From: Candidatus Latescibacterota bacterium
GTDB lineage: Bacteria; Latescibacterota; UBA2968
Direction of reading: 5' to 3'
Length of the DNA: 64,000 bases
NCBI GenBank assembly: GCA_965208125.1
Contig: OZ242320.1
Span: 4,320,001-4,384,000 of the forward strand
Made by a program: the position numbers and the translations under genes. The notes under the pieces were generated by a model. The model did no database searches. It saw nothing but the letters and a program-made list of their open reading frames with translations, and was not told the origin of the DNA. This document shows, one piece after another, positions 19,495 through 28,576 of this stretch (the first letter of the stretch is position 1; every line of letters begins with the position of its first letter).

Positions 19495-21090
19495 CTATGC
19501 AATGTCTTCTGGGGCAATGAATACGCCTACGATGTGGCTTTTGTTAGGTTCGTCGCCATAATTGGTGTAATCGACCAGGATGATGCGGCCATCGGGTAAG
19601 GTGAGCCAGGATGAGTATCCGTGATCAGGACGGGGTTCTTGATCAGGATGGTTGGCATGGATTTGAACGAAGCGGTCGCGCTGATATTGATCGGGGTATT
19701 CACCGGAGGAGGCAGACCAGTTCCACGACCAGTCATCGAAGGTTCGATTTTGCGATGAAAAGTTGACGGATGTCCAGGTGCTACTGCCTGTGTCACTCCA
19801 TTGGCCAAACATGGTGCGCATATCGGGGCGGGATGAGGTATGGTCTGAGATGTGTGTTTCTCCGCGGAAGACGTTTCGGTAAATTATATCTTCACCATCA
19901 ACCTGTATGCGCAAGAGGCCGCCCTTGTGGCGATAAGCGACTTTTCGTGGTTGTGAAAAGTCGATTTTTTTATGCAAATCGGTGCGTTCGAGCCTACCGA
20001 GAGAAATGAAGTCGGAGCCGATGTAGAGGATATCGCCAATGCTGCCACAAGACATAAAGGCAATGGGTTCTCCCGGTGGGCCTTCGACTTGTACTTCAGC
20101 TTCGAAGTCGACGGTACTGAAGCGATCCTGTGGCGGGAGGAGGCTATAACGGCATTCGTGCTCGGGTTTGTGATGGATGGTGAGACCATTTTCATTGCGT
20201 GTTGCACTGTATTTTCTGCGGGGCCCACCGATGGCATATGTCCCCGCTTCTTTTTTGAGGTCGCCAATCCAGGCATAACAGCCAAGACCGCCGTTGACGT
20301 GGCGACCTGTGACCATGCAGCGGCCATCTTCGAGTTGTCTGACATACGGACGATGGAGGGCAAAAGGACATATCTGAGGGGCACTCCAGGTGCGCCCATT
20401 GTCCTGAGAGAAAGCTACAAAATTGGGCACACCTCCAGAGCGGTTTTCGCGCATGACACAGGCGATTTCTTTGCCGCCGTCGAGGATGACAATTGCGCCT
20501 TCGCAAAATCGGTTATAACCATCGTGGGCAACAGTGACCTCATTGCCCCAGGTTTTGCCACCGTCAGATGAAAAGGTTACGATTTCAGCAAATTCTTGAG
20601 CTTCGCGAAACATGATATGGCTACCGACGGCAAGACGTCCGTCGGGCAGTTCCATGATGCGATCGGGTTCAAAGCCTCTGATGTTGGGTTTGTAAGGCCC
20701 GTCCCAGGATTTGCCCTCATCTGTGCTCCACCAGAGCCAGTTGCCGGAGGGCTGGTCTTCGTGAAAATGGCTGAAGTCGTCGTGGTCGCAGATGACAACA
20801 ATGCGATCATCACTTAAGAGGCTGATGCGCGGTGTTACGAGACGCTCATCGCCTTTGCTGCGATCAGCAGTTGCGAATTCGCTCAGTTTGTCCCAGGTTT
20901 GACCATCGTTTTCGCTGTAGAGGATGGTGAGGATTTGGGTGGTTTCACCCCAGTGGGCTTCGGTATCGGAATAAACGAGCAGAAGGCGACCGGATTTGAG
21001 GCGAATGATGTCGGGATTTTTGGTAAAGCGGCCAGGACTGCGCCAGGCGTCAAAGACTTTGTCGTTGATAGAGCGTGGATGGATATACAT
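19495..21090 (-). CDS. BNR-repeat sialidase-like protein
   Basis: Asp-boxes SENDGQTW, STDEGKSW, SSDGGKTW and SQDNGRTW. Confidence 0.85.
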   Translation of the reverse strand: MYIHPRSINDKVFDAWRSPGRFTKNPDIIRLKSGRLLLVYSDTEAHWGETTQILTILYSENDGQTWDKLSEFATADRSKGDERLVTPRISLLSDDRIVVICDHDDFSHFHEDQPSGNWLWWSTDEGKSWDGPYKPNIRGFEPDRIMELPDGRLAVGSHIMFREAQEFAEIVTFSSDGGKTWGNEVTVAHDGYNRFCEGAIVILDGGKEIACVMRENRSGGVPNFVAFSQDNGRTWSAPQICPFALHRPYVRQLEDGRCMVTGRHVNGGLGCYAWIGDLKKEAGTYAIGGPRRKYSATRNENGLTIHHKPEHECRYSLLPPQDRFSTVDFEAEVQVEGPPGEPIAFMSCGSIGDILYIGSDFISLGRLERTDLHKKIDFSQPRKVAYRHKGGLLRIQVDGEDIIYRNVFRGETHISDHTSSRPDMRTMFGQWSDTGSSTWTSVNFSSQNRTFDDWSWNWSASSGEYPDQYQRDRFVQIHANHPDQEPRPDHGYSSWLTLPDGRIILVDYTNYGDEPNKSHIVGVFIAPEDIA

Positions 21091-21180
21091 CGAATTCCTT
21101 TCTAAAATCTGCCGATACGTGTTGATCTTGGATCGTGAATAATGTTTGGTTGATCAGTAGACATAGAAAACTCCTATTCT

Positions 21181-23025
21181 CTATTGTTGTTGAAAATAGG
21201 AATCGTAAAGGATTTGGCAGGCTTCACCTCGGGTTAAATGTGTGAGTGTATTGGTGTCGAGTTTTTCGCCACACAACTGGACAAAACCATCGATCCAACG
21301 ATGCGCTGTGTGCTGGTCGAGTTTATCCTGCGGTCTGGCATCGTATGTATCGAAGAATCCCTTTGTACCTGCCCATTGTATAGCGGCGTTGTGTACATAG
21401 TCGTCGTTAAGGTCAATATCATTGAGAAATGTGAGCATGGAATTTTGTTCGGCCAGGGTTTGTTGAAGCTGATCAATATCAATGTCGGCCGGTGTCTGTT
21501 TGTTTTTGATGGCCTGGACGGCCGCATAACCAGCAGACTCGGCAATTTGCATCCAGGTGGGCTCCAGACGAATCGCGCTTTGGCCGAGGTGGCTGGAAGA
21601 AAGGCAGACTGGGACGAGGAAATTGTCTAATTCATTGGCGAGCAGGCTTCGATAAGGGATCTGACCAGGGACGGTTTGCTTGTGGAGCATGACTTTGCCT
21701 TCATCGCGGCTGTCTTTGACGCGTTCGGGATGGCAGGCGTGAACGTCCGTGTACCATTCACAAATAGCAATAGTATCTGAGTGAATGGGTGCTCTGTCTA
21801 TGCCTTCGGCCAGGCGAACATCGTGCTCTGTGAGCATATAACGCCCTTCGAGACGACGGGCTTCGCGCACATAGATCTCCCAGGGCATGTGATTGTTGTC
21901 GGGAAATTCGTCTTTGGCCAGCCCCCACTGAGCAAAGGCTTCGCGCATGTTTTCGGGCGCATCGGGATCGTTTTGAAAGAAATACAAAATGCCAATAACG
22001 ATGTTCCAGAAGTCTTTCAAGATGCGCTGACGGGTTGGCCAGTCGCCGTGGACATAGTCGGTCGCACCTTCAATAAGTTGTGGTCGGTTCCAGTCGCTTT
22101 TGTTGTTGGGAAATTGTCCGCCATCTTGCCCGCGATCAGGTCTGTTGACTTCGAGGGATTGGAGTAGGGTTTTGATGCGTGTGGGATCGTAGTCTTCTGG
22201 TGGCTCTGGTTTGACCTGATTGTTGGGATCGCTGCTGAGGGCTGTGCGGAAGTTCATGGCTTGCACAACACCATCGCCTTCGCCCGTGCTATCGGGCATG
22301 ATGGTTTCCATCGCACCACCAAATTGCCTCAGGTTTAGCGATGCAACAATGTCGGCCATGTGTTGTTCTGACTCGGGAAGCTCCTTTGCAAATCGCATAA
22401 AGATGCGACCAGCGTGAGGTTCGTTAAATTCGTCTTTGGATTCACGTCCGACTCTGAAAGCGACATTGGCTAAGGGTAGAAGATCGCCTTCGTAAGAAGT
22501 ATCGACAAAGATATCTCCGGTAGCTCGGAAGCTTGCATCGCGATTCATTTCTGTGAATGTGATAGCTGTAATTAAGCGATCAGCTTGTTCGATATCGGTA
22601 GGGTAATGGCTTTTGATCAGGGTAATGTTTGATTCTGCCTGTATCATTTCTTCCGACAATTGTTCGAAGACACGCGCTTCGTATTTGCCATTGGAGTGGC
22701 CCGTTTCACCGGGCAGGCAGGCTGCGTATTGCGGTGAATCTTTTCCATAGGTATTGCGGTAATGATCGAAGATCGCCTGACGCATCTCATTGTAGATGGG
22801 CGATCGCCAGCCTTCGTAAAGTGTATCCCAGAGTCCCATCCCATTGGCTGGCAGTCCACCGATGTGGGGTGTATGATTGACGAGCAAGACGGTCAATCCT
22901 TCACGCGCAGCTCGAATTGCACAGGCAAGACCTGCGGGATTGCCGCCGTAGATGACGAGGTTGTAGTGAGTACCTTCCATACCGTTTCTGTTATGCGTGG
23001 AGTGGAAATTTCGCAGGATGTTCAA
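21181..23025 (-). CDS. FAD-dependent oxidoreductase
   Basis: IYGGNPAG, DTSYEGDL, YVREARR and IRLEPTWM motifs. Confidence 0.88.
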   Translation of the reverse strand: MNILRNFHSTHNRNGMEGTHYNLVIYGGNPAGLACAIRAAREGLTVLLVNHTPHIGGLPANGMGLWDTLYEGWRSPIYNEMRQAIFDHYRNTYGKDSPQYAACLPGETGHSNGKYEARVFEQLSEEMIQAESNITLIKSHYPTDIEQADRLITAITFTEMNRDASFRATGDIFVDTSYEGDLLPLANVAFRVGRESKDEFNEPHAGRIFMRFAKELPESEQHMADIVASLNLRQFGGAMETIMPDSTGEGDGVVQAMNFRTALSSDPNNQVKPEPPEDYDPTRIKTLLQSLEVNRPDRGQDGGQFPNNKSDWNRPQLIEGATDYVHGDWPTRQRILKDFWNIVIGILYFFQNDPDAPENMREAFAQWGLAKDEFPDNNHMPWEIYVREARRLEGRYMLTEHDVRLAEGIDRAPIHSDTIAICEWYTDVHACHPERVKDSRDEGKVMLHKQTVPGQIPYRSLLANELDNFLVPVCLSSSHLGQSAIRLEPTWMQIAESAGYAAVQAIKNKQTPADIDIDQLQQTLAEQNSMLTFLNDIDLNDDYVHNAAIQWAGTKGFFDTYDARPQDKLDQHTAHRWIDGFVQLCGEKLDTNTLTHLTRGEACQILYDSYFQQQ

Positions 23026-23082
23026 CCTTTAACATTCCGACTGCAAGCCATGGTTATGCTACTGTAATTTTAAAGAGTTCCA

Positions 23083-24066
23083 TCACGGCTTCCAGGCGAA
23101 TCGACCATATCGAGGCGTTTTTGGAGGCACGATCGGTAACTCCTCCCACCCGGACCTGGTTTCAACCATGATTTTCAGGCCACCCTTTTTAGGATCTGGA
23201 AAAGCCCGAGTCACAAATCCATCGGGAGACCATGTGGGATCATCACCACGCCCTGCTTTTCGCTTATTATTCCCATCACTATCGACAACCCATACATTCC
23301 AGGTTTCACCGATCAGCCTGTCTCTTTCGCGATCTTGTCTCCCTGTGAATTTGCTCATATGGATCATCTCCACACCTTCCCAATGGGCGATCCACTTGCC
23401 ATCCGGTGACCATGCAGGGACTTTTTGTTCGATGGGAAGCTTGAGGGTCCCGTCATGTTCAGCAGACGTTGGTGAAATTGGTTTGGCATCACTGCCATCG
23501 AGATTGCTCAACCAAACCCTATAGTTGCCGCTTCGATTTGAAACAAAGGCCACCTTTGTTCCTTTCGGCGAGATAACGGCCATCGAATTGCTGAACTTAA
23601 TTTGCTGAGGATCGCTGAACAATCGCCTTGATTCTCTGGTCTCCGTGTTCATGATGTGCAACTGGCTGTTTTCAGCGGGGTGTTTTCCTGGTTTGAATAT
23701 CATCCATACGATGTGTTTAGAATCAGGAAACCAGGAAGGTATCAAATTTCTCCCCGATTCTGTGAGTACTTTCTGGTTTCTGCCATCAAAGTTGGAGATC
23801 CAAAGAGCCATTCCTTTTCCACTCTGTTGCACAAATACAATTTTACTGCCGTCAGGAGACACGGCAGGCATCATACATTCATGATTGGAATTTGTAATTT
23901 TGCGCCTGGATGAACCGTCCTCCTTGATGTGATAGAGTTGTAGTATGTTATTTTCATCAGGGCAACTGACAATAATCTCACGCATTTGAGACTCTCCAGC
24001 AAACAAACCATCTGACGCGCAAGCAATCGTAAAAATAGCCAGAATCAATATTAAGAATGATTTCAT
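23083..24066 (-). CDS. TolB-like PD40-repeat exported protein
   Basis: Signal peptide and repeated SPDG/WSPDG. Confidence 0.8.
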   Translation of the reverse strand: MKSFLILILAIFTIACASDGLFAGESQMREIIVSCPDENNILQLYHIKEDGSSRRKITNSNHECMMPAVSPDGSKIVFVQQSGKGMALWISNFDGRNQKVLTESGRNLIPSWFPDSKHIVWMIFKPGKHPAENSQLHIMNTETRESRRLFSDPQQIKFSNSMAVISPKGTKVAFVSNRSGNYRVWLSNLDGSDAKPISPTSAEHDGTLKLPIEQKVPAWSPDGKWIAHWEGVEMIHMSKFTGRQDRERDRLIGETWNVWVVDSDGNNKRKAGRGDDPTWSPDGFVTRAFPDPKKGGLKIMVETRSGWEELPIVPPKTPRYGRFAWKP

Positions 24067-24085
24067 CTTCGGTCTCGTGAGACCT

Positions 24086-24490
24086 TCACAAGCTCGTGGT
24101 TTTCAGTCGCTCAATTATCTTCCTATCCGCCTCGAATGCCATATCTGTTGGCGGCTCCTCAAGAGAGAATAGCTGGACTTCAGCGGCATCGTCCCCTGCG
24201 ACCAGATTACCGCCCTTTTCTTTAATGAGAAACCATACTCCTACCACACTCCGCTCAGGTGAGTGATGTGTTGAGAGCACATCTACAATATCACCGACTT
24301 CTACATCCAGACCAGTCTCTTCCTTAATCTCGCGCCTCACGGCAGTTCGGACATCCTCACCAACCTCAACATTCCCGCAAGGGATACACCACTTCCCTTT
24401 GTGTGTCCCGTATTTGCGGCGAACCATTACAATTTGGTTGCCTCTGAGAATCACCCCGGCAACGCCTGCTTTTACGTAATGTGATGGCAT
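24086..24490 (-). CDS. NUDIX hydrolase
   Basis: CGNVEVGEDVRTAVRREIKEETGL. Confidence 0.9.
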   Translation of the reverse strand: MPSHYVKAGVAGVILRGNQIVMVRRKYGTHKGKWCIPCGNVEVGEDVRTAVRREIKEETGLDVEVGDIVDVLSTHHSPERSVVGVWFLIKEKGGNLVAGDDAAEVQLFSLEEPPTDMAFEADRKIIERLKTTSL

Positions 24491-24602
24491 CGTTAAACGG
24501 TCCGTCGTATTGTGAAAACCTCAAGAGAAAGTCTAATGTCCATGTGGCCCACCATTTCAAGGAAGAGGGGGTCGGGTTGCTCAGAAAAATTTGAGGTGTG
24601 GC

Positions 24603-25010
24603 TCAGTCGCACGCTTGTTGCTCAAAGTTCCTCACGATCATTCCACGAGCTTTCTCGAATCCAAGTCTCTCGTAGAATCTCTGGACCTTCTGGTCACAGA
24701 TCAGGTCAATCATGTAGAGATCTTTGAGCTTTCGAACCATGCGTCTGACCAGTTCAGATCCGATGCCTTTCCCTTGCCATTCTGGCAGCACCTCAAGATG
24801 TGGGATATAGGCGCACGAAACACCGTCCGATATGGCGCTGATGAAGCCAATCACCTTCCCCTCAGAAGAGACTGCAAGAACCACGTAGTCGCTTCCCTTT
24901 AAGATTCTTAGATGCGCCTCGGGGGAGGGAGGGTTAGGCCATCCGACAAAGAACCCCTTTAGATTGTCTGATCCAATTCCGTCGGTAGTGTCCTGATATG
25001 TAATCTGCAT
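24603..25010 (-). CDS. GNAT family N-acetyltransferase
   Basis: VLPEWQGKGIG and FYERLGF; start placed at MQITY. Confidence 0.88.
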   Translation of the reverse strand: MQITYQDTTDGIGSDNLKGFFVGWPNPPSPEAHLRILKGSDYVVLAVSSEGKVIGFISAISDGVSCAYIPHLEVLPEWQGKGIGSELVRRMVRKLKDLYMIDLICDQKVQRFYERLGFEKARGMIVRNFEQQACD

Positions 25011-25057
25011 TGTTAGCAGCACCTCGATGGGGCCAACTCGCCAACGCGATCGCACCA

Positions 25058-26236
25058 TCACACCATCGTCTCCAAATACACCTTCAACGCTGCAGCCAGA
25101 TCGCGTCCAAATACACGCGCCAGTTCTGGACTCGTATCCAGATCGCCCACATTGGCATAGGGAAACTCAATTGCCGTTGCCAATTGAACACCCGGCAATT
25201 CACCCGCCCATCGACCAAAGCTCTTGCCAGCTGCATAATTCTCTGCCGTATTCCACTCCACGCCAAAGGGCAAATTATCCGCTGCAAAAAAGGGCAAGCC
25301 TCCCGTTCGTTCCGCTTCCAAAATATGCGAAAACCGCATCTGTTCCTGCCAGGGGACTTCTGACTCTGACCCCACCAGATAAATCGTCTCATTGCGATTC
25401 ATACGAATCCACGGACAGTGCAGATCAATCGCTACCTTCAGTTTGCCAGCGCTCCAATCCGGCACCCTTTCTCGAATCACAGCCGTTTCAATATGCACAC
25501 TCTCCCCGACATAATCCCGGTTGTGATCCCTCGGCTTCCGATTCTTCCCCTGATCGCCATCCTCCACACCGTCTTTATCCACAAACGGAATCACCAGACA
25601 TTCAACTCGTCTCTGAAACCAACGCCCCAAATCACCCTTACCAAGTATCGCCGCCATCATGCCTTCCAGCACATACGATTGCATCATCTCACAGCAGTGG
25701 TGTCGCGCCGCAATCAACACGCGCAGATCCGCCCCACCGTCCAGTCGCCCCACATACAACATCTCAACATCACGTCCTTTGCGCGTCTCGCACAACGTCT
25801 CAGCCACCAGATAATCAGAATCCACATACGACGCCAAAAACCGGTCCAGATCGGCCTGCACATACGGCATCCCAAAACTGAACCGCACATCATCCGCGTC
25901 ATTCGCAAACGCATACACAAACGACTGTCCATCCACCGCATCATTACCCAACCAGCGCCACGTCACCCCACAGTCTTCACTCATCCCAGGACCACGCGTG
26001 CCAATCACATTGCTGCCGGTAAAGTGAAACCGCACGGTTCGGCCTGCTGCGCCACGCACCCGAAAATACCAGTAGAACCAGTCGCGATCCGTATCGCGCA
26101 GATCCTGCCGAACCAACACATCATCACCGTCAATTCGTTCAGCGATGATATTCCCACCCGGAAAATCACAATCTATCATAATCATTGAACACGCTTCTTT
26201 ATGATGTCGATTTGCATTTACTCCTCCACTATCCAT
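25058..26236 (-). CDS. M14 family zinc carboxypeptidase-like protein
   Basis: HCCE, DHNRDY and IDLH motifs. Confidence 0.85.
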   Translation of the reverse strand: MDSGGVNANRHHKEACSMIMIDCDFPGGNIIAERIDGDDVLVRQDLRDTDRDWFYWYFRVRGAAGRTVRFHFTGSNVIGTRGPGMSEDCGVTWRWLGNDAVDGQSFVYAFANDADDVRFSFGMPYVQADLDRFLASYVDSDYLVAETLCETRKGRDVEMLYVGRLDGGADLRVLIAARHHCCEMMQSYVLEGMMAAILGKGDLGRWFQRRVECLVIPFVDKDGVEDGDQGKNRKPRDHNRDYVGESVHIETAVIRERVPDWSAGKLKVAIDLHCPWIRMNRNETIYLVGSESEVPWQEQMRFSHILEAERTGGLPFFAADNLPFGVEWNTAENYAAGKSFGRWAGELPGVQLATAIEFPYANVGDLDTSPELARVFGRDLAAALKVYLETMV

Positions 26237-26248
26237 TGGAGCGGTAAT

Positions 26249-26764
26249 CTAGATAGACAATGGGCGACGGAGCCGGATTTGGCGTCCGTTGTCTCGAACA
26301 CCGCCATCACGTTTCCACCCCATCGCCTCGTAGAAAGCGATCCCGCGTTCATAACCCTTAACAGTCCAAACTATCGCTTCATTATAACCGTCGGCAACGA
26401 GATGACGAAACGCGAGCGAGGCCAACGCCTTGCCGATGCCGATGCGCCAATACGAGGGGTCAATGGCGATGGTATCGAGTTCCCCTAATGTGGCGTCAAC
26501 GGGATCGCGGCTGGGACCGATGCCGACAAAACCGACAACCTTACCCGTATGCTCTGCGACCCACCACCGGTGCGGGGCAGACTTGGCAAGATCGCCGCGC
26601 CAACGCTCAACGAGTTCTGATGTGACGATGCGATTGGACTGCTCGATGAGTTCGCCGAATCCTGCATTCCACGAATCGATATATATGCGTGTGACGACTT
26701 CGGCGTCCACCGCAGCGGCCGATCGGATCGTTGGCCAAGGTTTTTGTGGATGTGCGTATTCCAA
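26249..26764 (-). CDS. GNAT family N-acetyltransferase
   Basis: PSYWRIGIG and FYEAMGW. Confidence 0.88.
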   Translation of the reverse strand: MEYAHPQKPWPTIRSAAAVDAEVVTRIYIDSWNAGFGELIEQSNRIVTSELVERWRGDLAKSAPHRWWVAEHTGKVVGFVGIGPSRDPVDATLGELDTIAIDPSYWRIGIGKALASLAFRHLVADGYNEAIVWTVKGYERGIAFYEAMGWKRDGGVRDNGRQIRLRRPLSI

Positions 26765-26782
26765 CTCGCCTATTCCTATGTC

Positions 26783-26845
26783 ACATAACGTTTCAGTACT
26801 CCCGAACCACGAAGCGGTTGGGGGACGGCGAGCATCGGGTTGGCT
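26783..26845 (-). repeat. attC-like site, degenerate
   Basis: ACATAACGTTTCAG...AACCACGAAGCGGTT...GTTGGCT; shares the inner hairpin of 47123-47206. Confidence 0.6.
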
Positions 26846-26857
26846 GATTCTCGCCTT

Positions 26858-27835
26858 TCAATCTATGCCTTCGATTGCAGCCTCGCCCATACGAATCGCC
26901 GCATCCGGGAGAGCGAGTATTCGGTCTTCCAATCCCCAGGTTCTCCGATTAGGCGACTTCGGCCCCCATTTCCGGTGGAGCTGGCAGAGGCGCTTGGCAT
27001 AGTAGGCCGCGAAGATGAAGGGGAGTGCGGTACGTTCATCATCTGAGGGAGGCCGGACTGAAAAGTACCCCTCCACGAACCGCTGCATTTCCTCATCTGT
27101 AAGCTGTCGCCCCACGGTCCCCATCAGCCATTGCATCCGGACCATCACTACATCCTCAAGCGCCGGAGCGAAGTGAGCCGAATTGAAGTCGGTGAATCGG
27201 ACCTCACCTGACGGGGAAGCAATCGTGTTCCAACTTCGCACATCTCTACGACAGAAGAGCCAACGAACGTCCATCTTGTTCGGCGTGTTATTCAACTGTG
27301 CTCGAAGCCGAGTGACCGCATCTGCCGCGGCCGACGAGAATGTCGTCCTCTCGCAATACTCGAGAGCATCAGAGATGTACCCTTGTGCATCTTTGACTTC
27401 TGAAAGGTAGGCTGGAAAGTCTTCGCTCGCATCGTGAACCCGTGCGAGAGCCTCCCCCACGTTGCGGAGAGTATCGACGCGGTCTACGACCTCTCCTTCC
27501 AAGAAGCTCTCCACCGAAATCACCAGGTCTCGAACGGACTTGTAGAGGCTACCATCCGTGGTTGGACGGATGTCAGGACACGGCGCGCCGCGATCGGCAA
27601 GGTGTCGCACAAACTCCACAATGGTTTTGGGATGGGTCGAGCCGTCCCATCCCGGATTCACGCGGAACACAACGCGTCCGTCCCGCAGACTATCACAAAA
27701 GAAGACGCACCGCGAATTCGCCCTGCGGACGCTGGTTACTTCCAGATCCCAGAATCGCTTGCAGAGATCCATAATTTCTGGCTGATCAGGCAGCGGGCCC
27801 GTTTCGTCTCTATATCTGGGATAGCGTGGTTCCAT
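26858..27835 (-). CDS. Phosphotransferase (APH-like)
   Basis: RRDVRSWN and FTDFN; start placed at MEPRYP. Confidence 0.75.
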   Translation of the reverse strand: MEPRYPRYRDETGPLPDQPEIMDLCKRFWDLEVTSVRRANSRCVFFCDSLRDGRVVFRVNPGWDGSTHPKTIVEFVRHLADRGAPCPDIRPTTDGSLYKSVRDLVISVESFLEGEVVDRVDTLRNVGEALARVHDASEDFPAYLSEVKDAQGYISDALEYCERTTFSSAAADAVTRLRAQLNNTPNKMDVRWLFCRRDVRSWNTIASPSGEVRFTDFNSAHFAPALEDVVMVRMQWLMGTVGRQLTDEEMQRFVEGYFSVRPPSDDERTALPFIFAAYYAKRLCQLHRKWGPKSPNRRTWGLEDRILALPDAAIRMGEAAIEGID

Positions 27836-27875
27836 TGGTTTTCTCGGCCCAGGACTGGCCGTAGCGGCGCGAGGA

Positions 27876-28472
27876 TTATAGGTGGTGCATAGCCCCAACA
27901 GCATCGAGTCGATATTGGTTGCCATCGTATGCAATCGTCGTAACGGAGCATTCACGCATTACTTCACCACTGTATGGGTCATTGCAGAATTCCGGACTGA
28001 TGCGACTCAGTTCTTCAGACGAAAAAACATTGAGAAGGAAGTCTGCTAAGACACCACCATGGGTCACCCCAATCACAGTATCTTTGGATGACTGAAGATA
28101 GCAATCAGAAACAAATGCCTCAATACGTCTGCCAGCCTCAATGCTTGAATCGCCGACACTGGATTGGTAATCTCGTTCTGTGTTACAACGCTCCCACTGA
28201 GTTATGAATTCATCGAAAGATTGGCCTTCGATGTCCCCCCAATTCATTCGTTCACGTAGCCGTGAATCTTCAGTAACTTCAAGATTCAAAATGGTGGCGA
28301 TGATCTCTGCTGTCTCTCTTGTTCGTGCCAGGGGACTGCTGAAGATTCGCGCGATGCCATTTGATGCTAACTTCCGGGCGAGTAGTCCTACCTCTTCTCG
28401 TCCCTTTGATGTCAATGAAGGATCGCCGATCTTGCGGTCTCTCTTACCATGGCGAATAAAGTGAAAACGCAT
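27876..28472 (-). CDS. Histidine phosphatase family protein
   Basis: RHG, SSPLARTRETA and VTHGG motifs. Confidence 0.92.
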   Translation of the reverse strand: MRFHFIRHGKRDRKIGDPSLTSKGREEVGLLARKLASNGIARIFSSPLARTRETAEIIATILNLEVTEDSRLRERMNWGDIEGQSFDEFITQWERCNTERDYQSSVGDSSIEAGRRIEAFVSDCYLQSSKDTVIGVTHGGVLADFLLNVFSSEELSRISPEFCNDPYSGEVMRECSVTTIAYDGNQYRLDAVGAMHHL

Positions 28473-28576
28473 TAAATCTACCTGTCTTCCGACCTGTTTT
28501 TTAGGGCGGTTTGGGTGGCACCTACATCAAATTACAATCGGGGCGGGAATAGAGCAGGCGACATCAGCATATTTTT

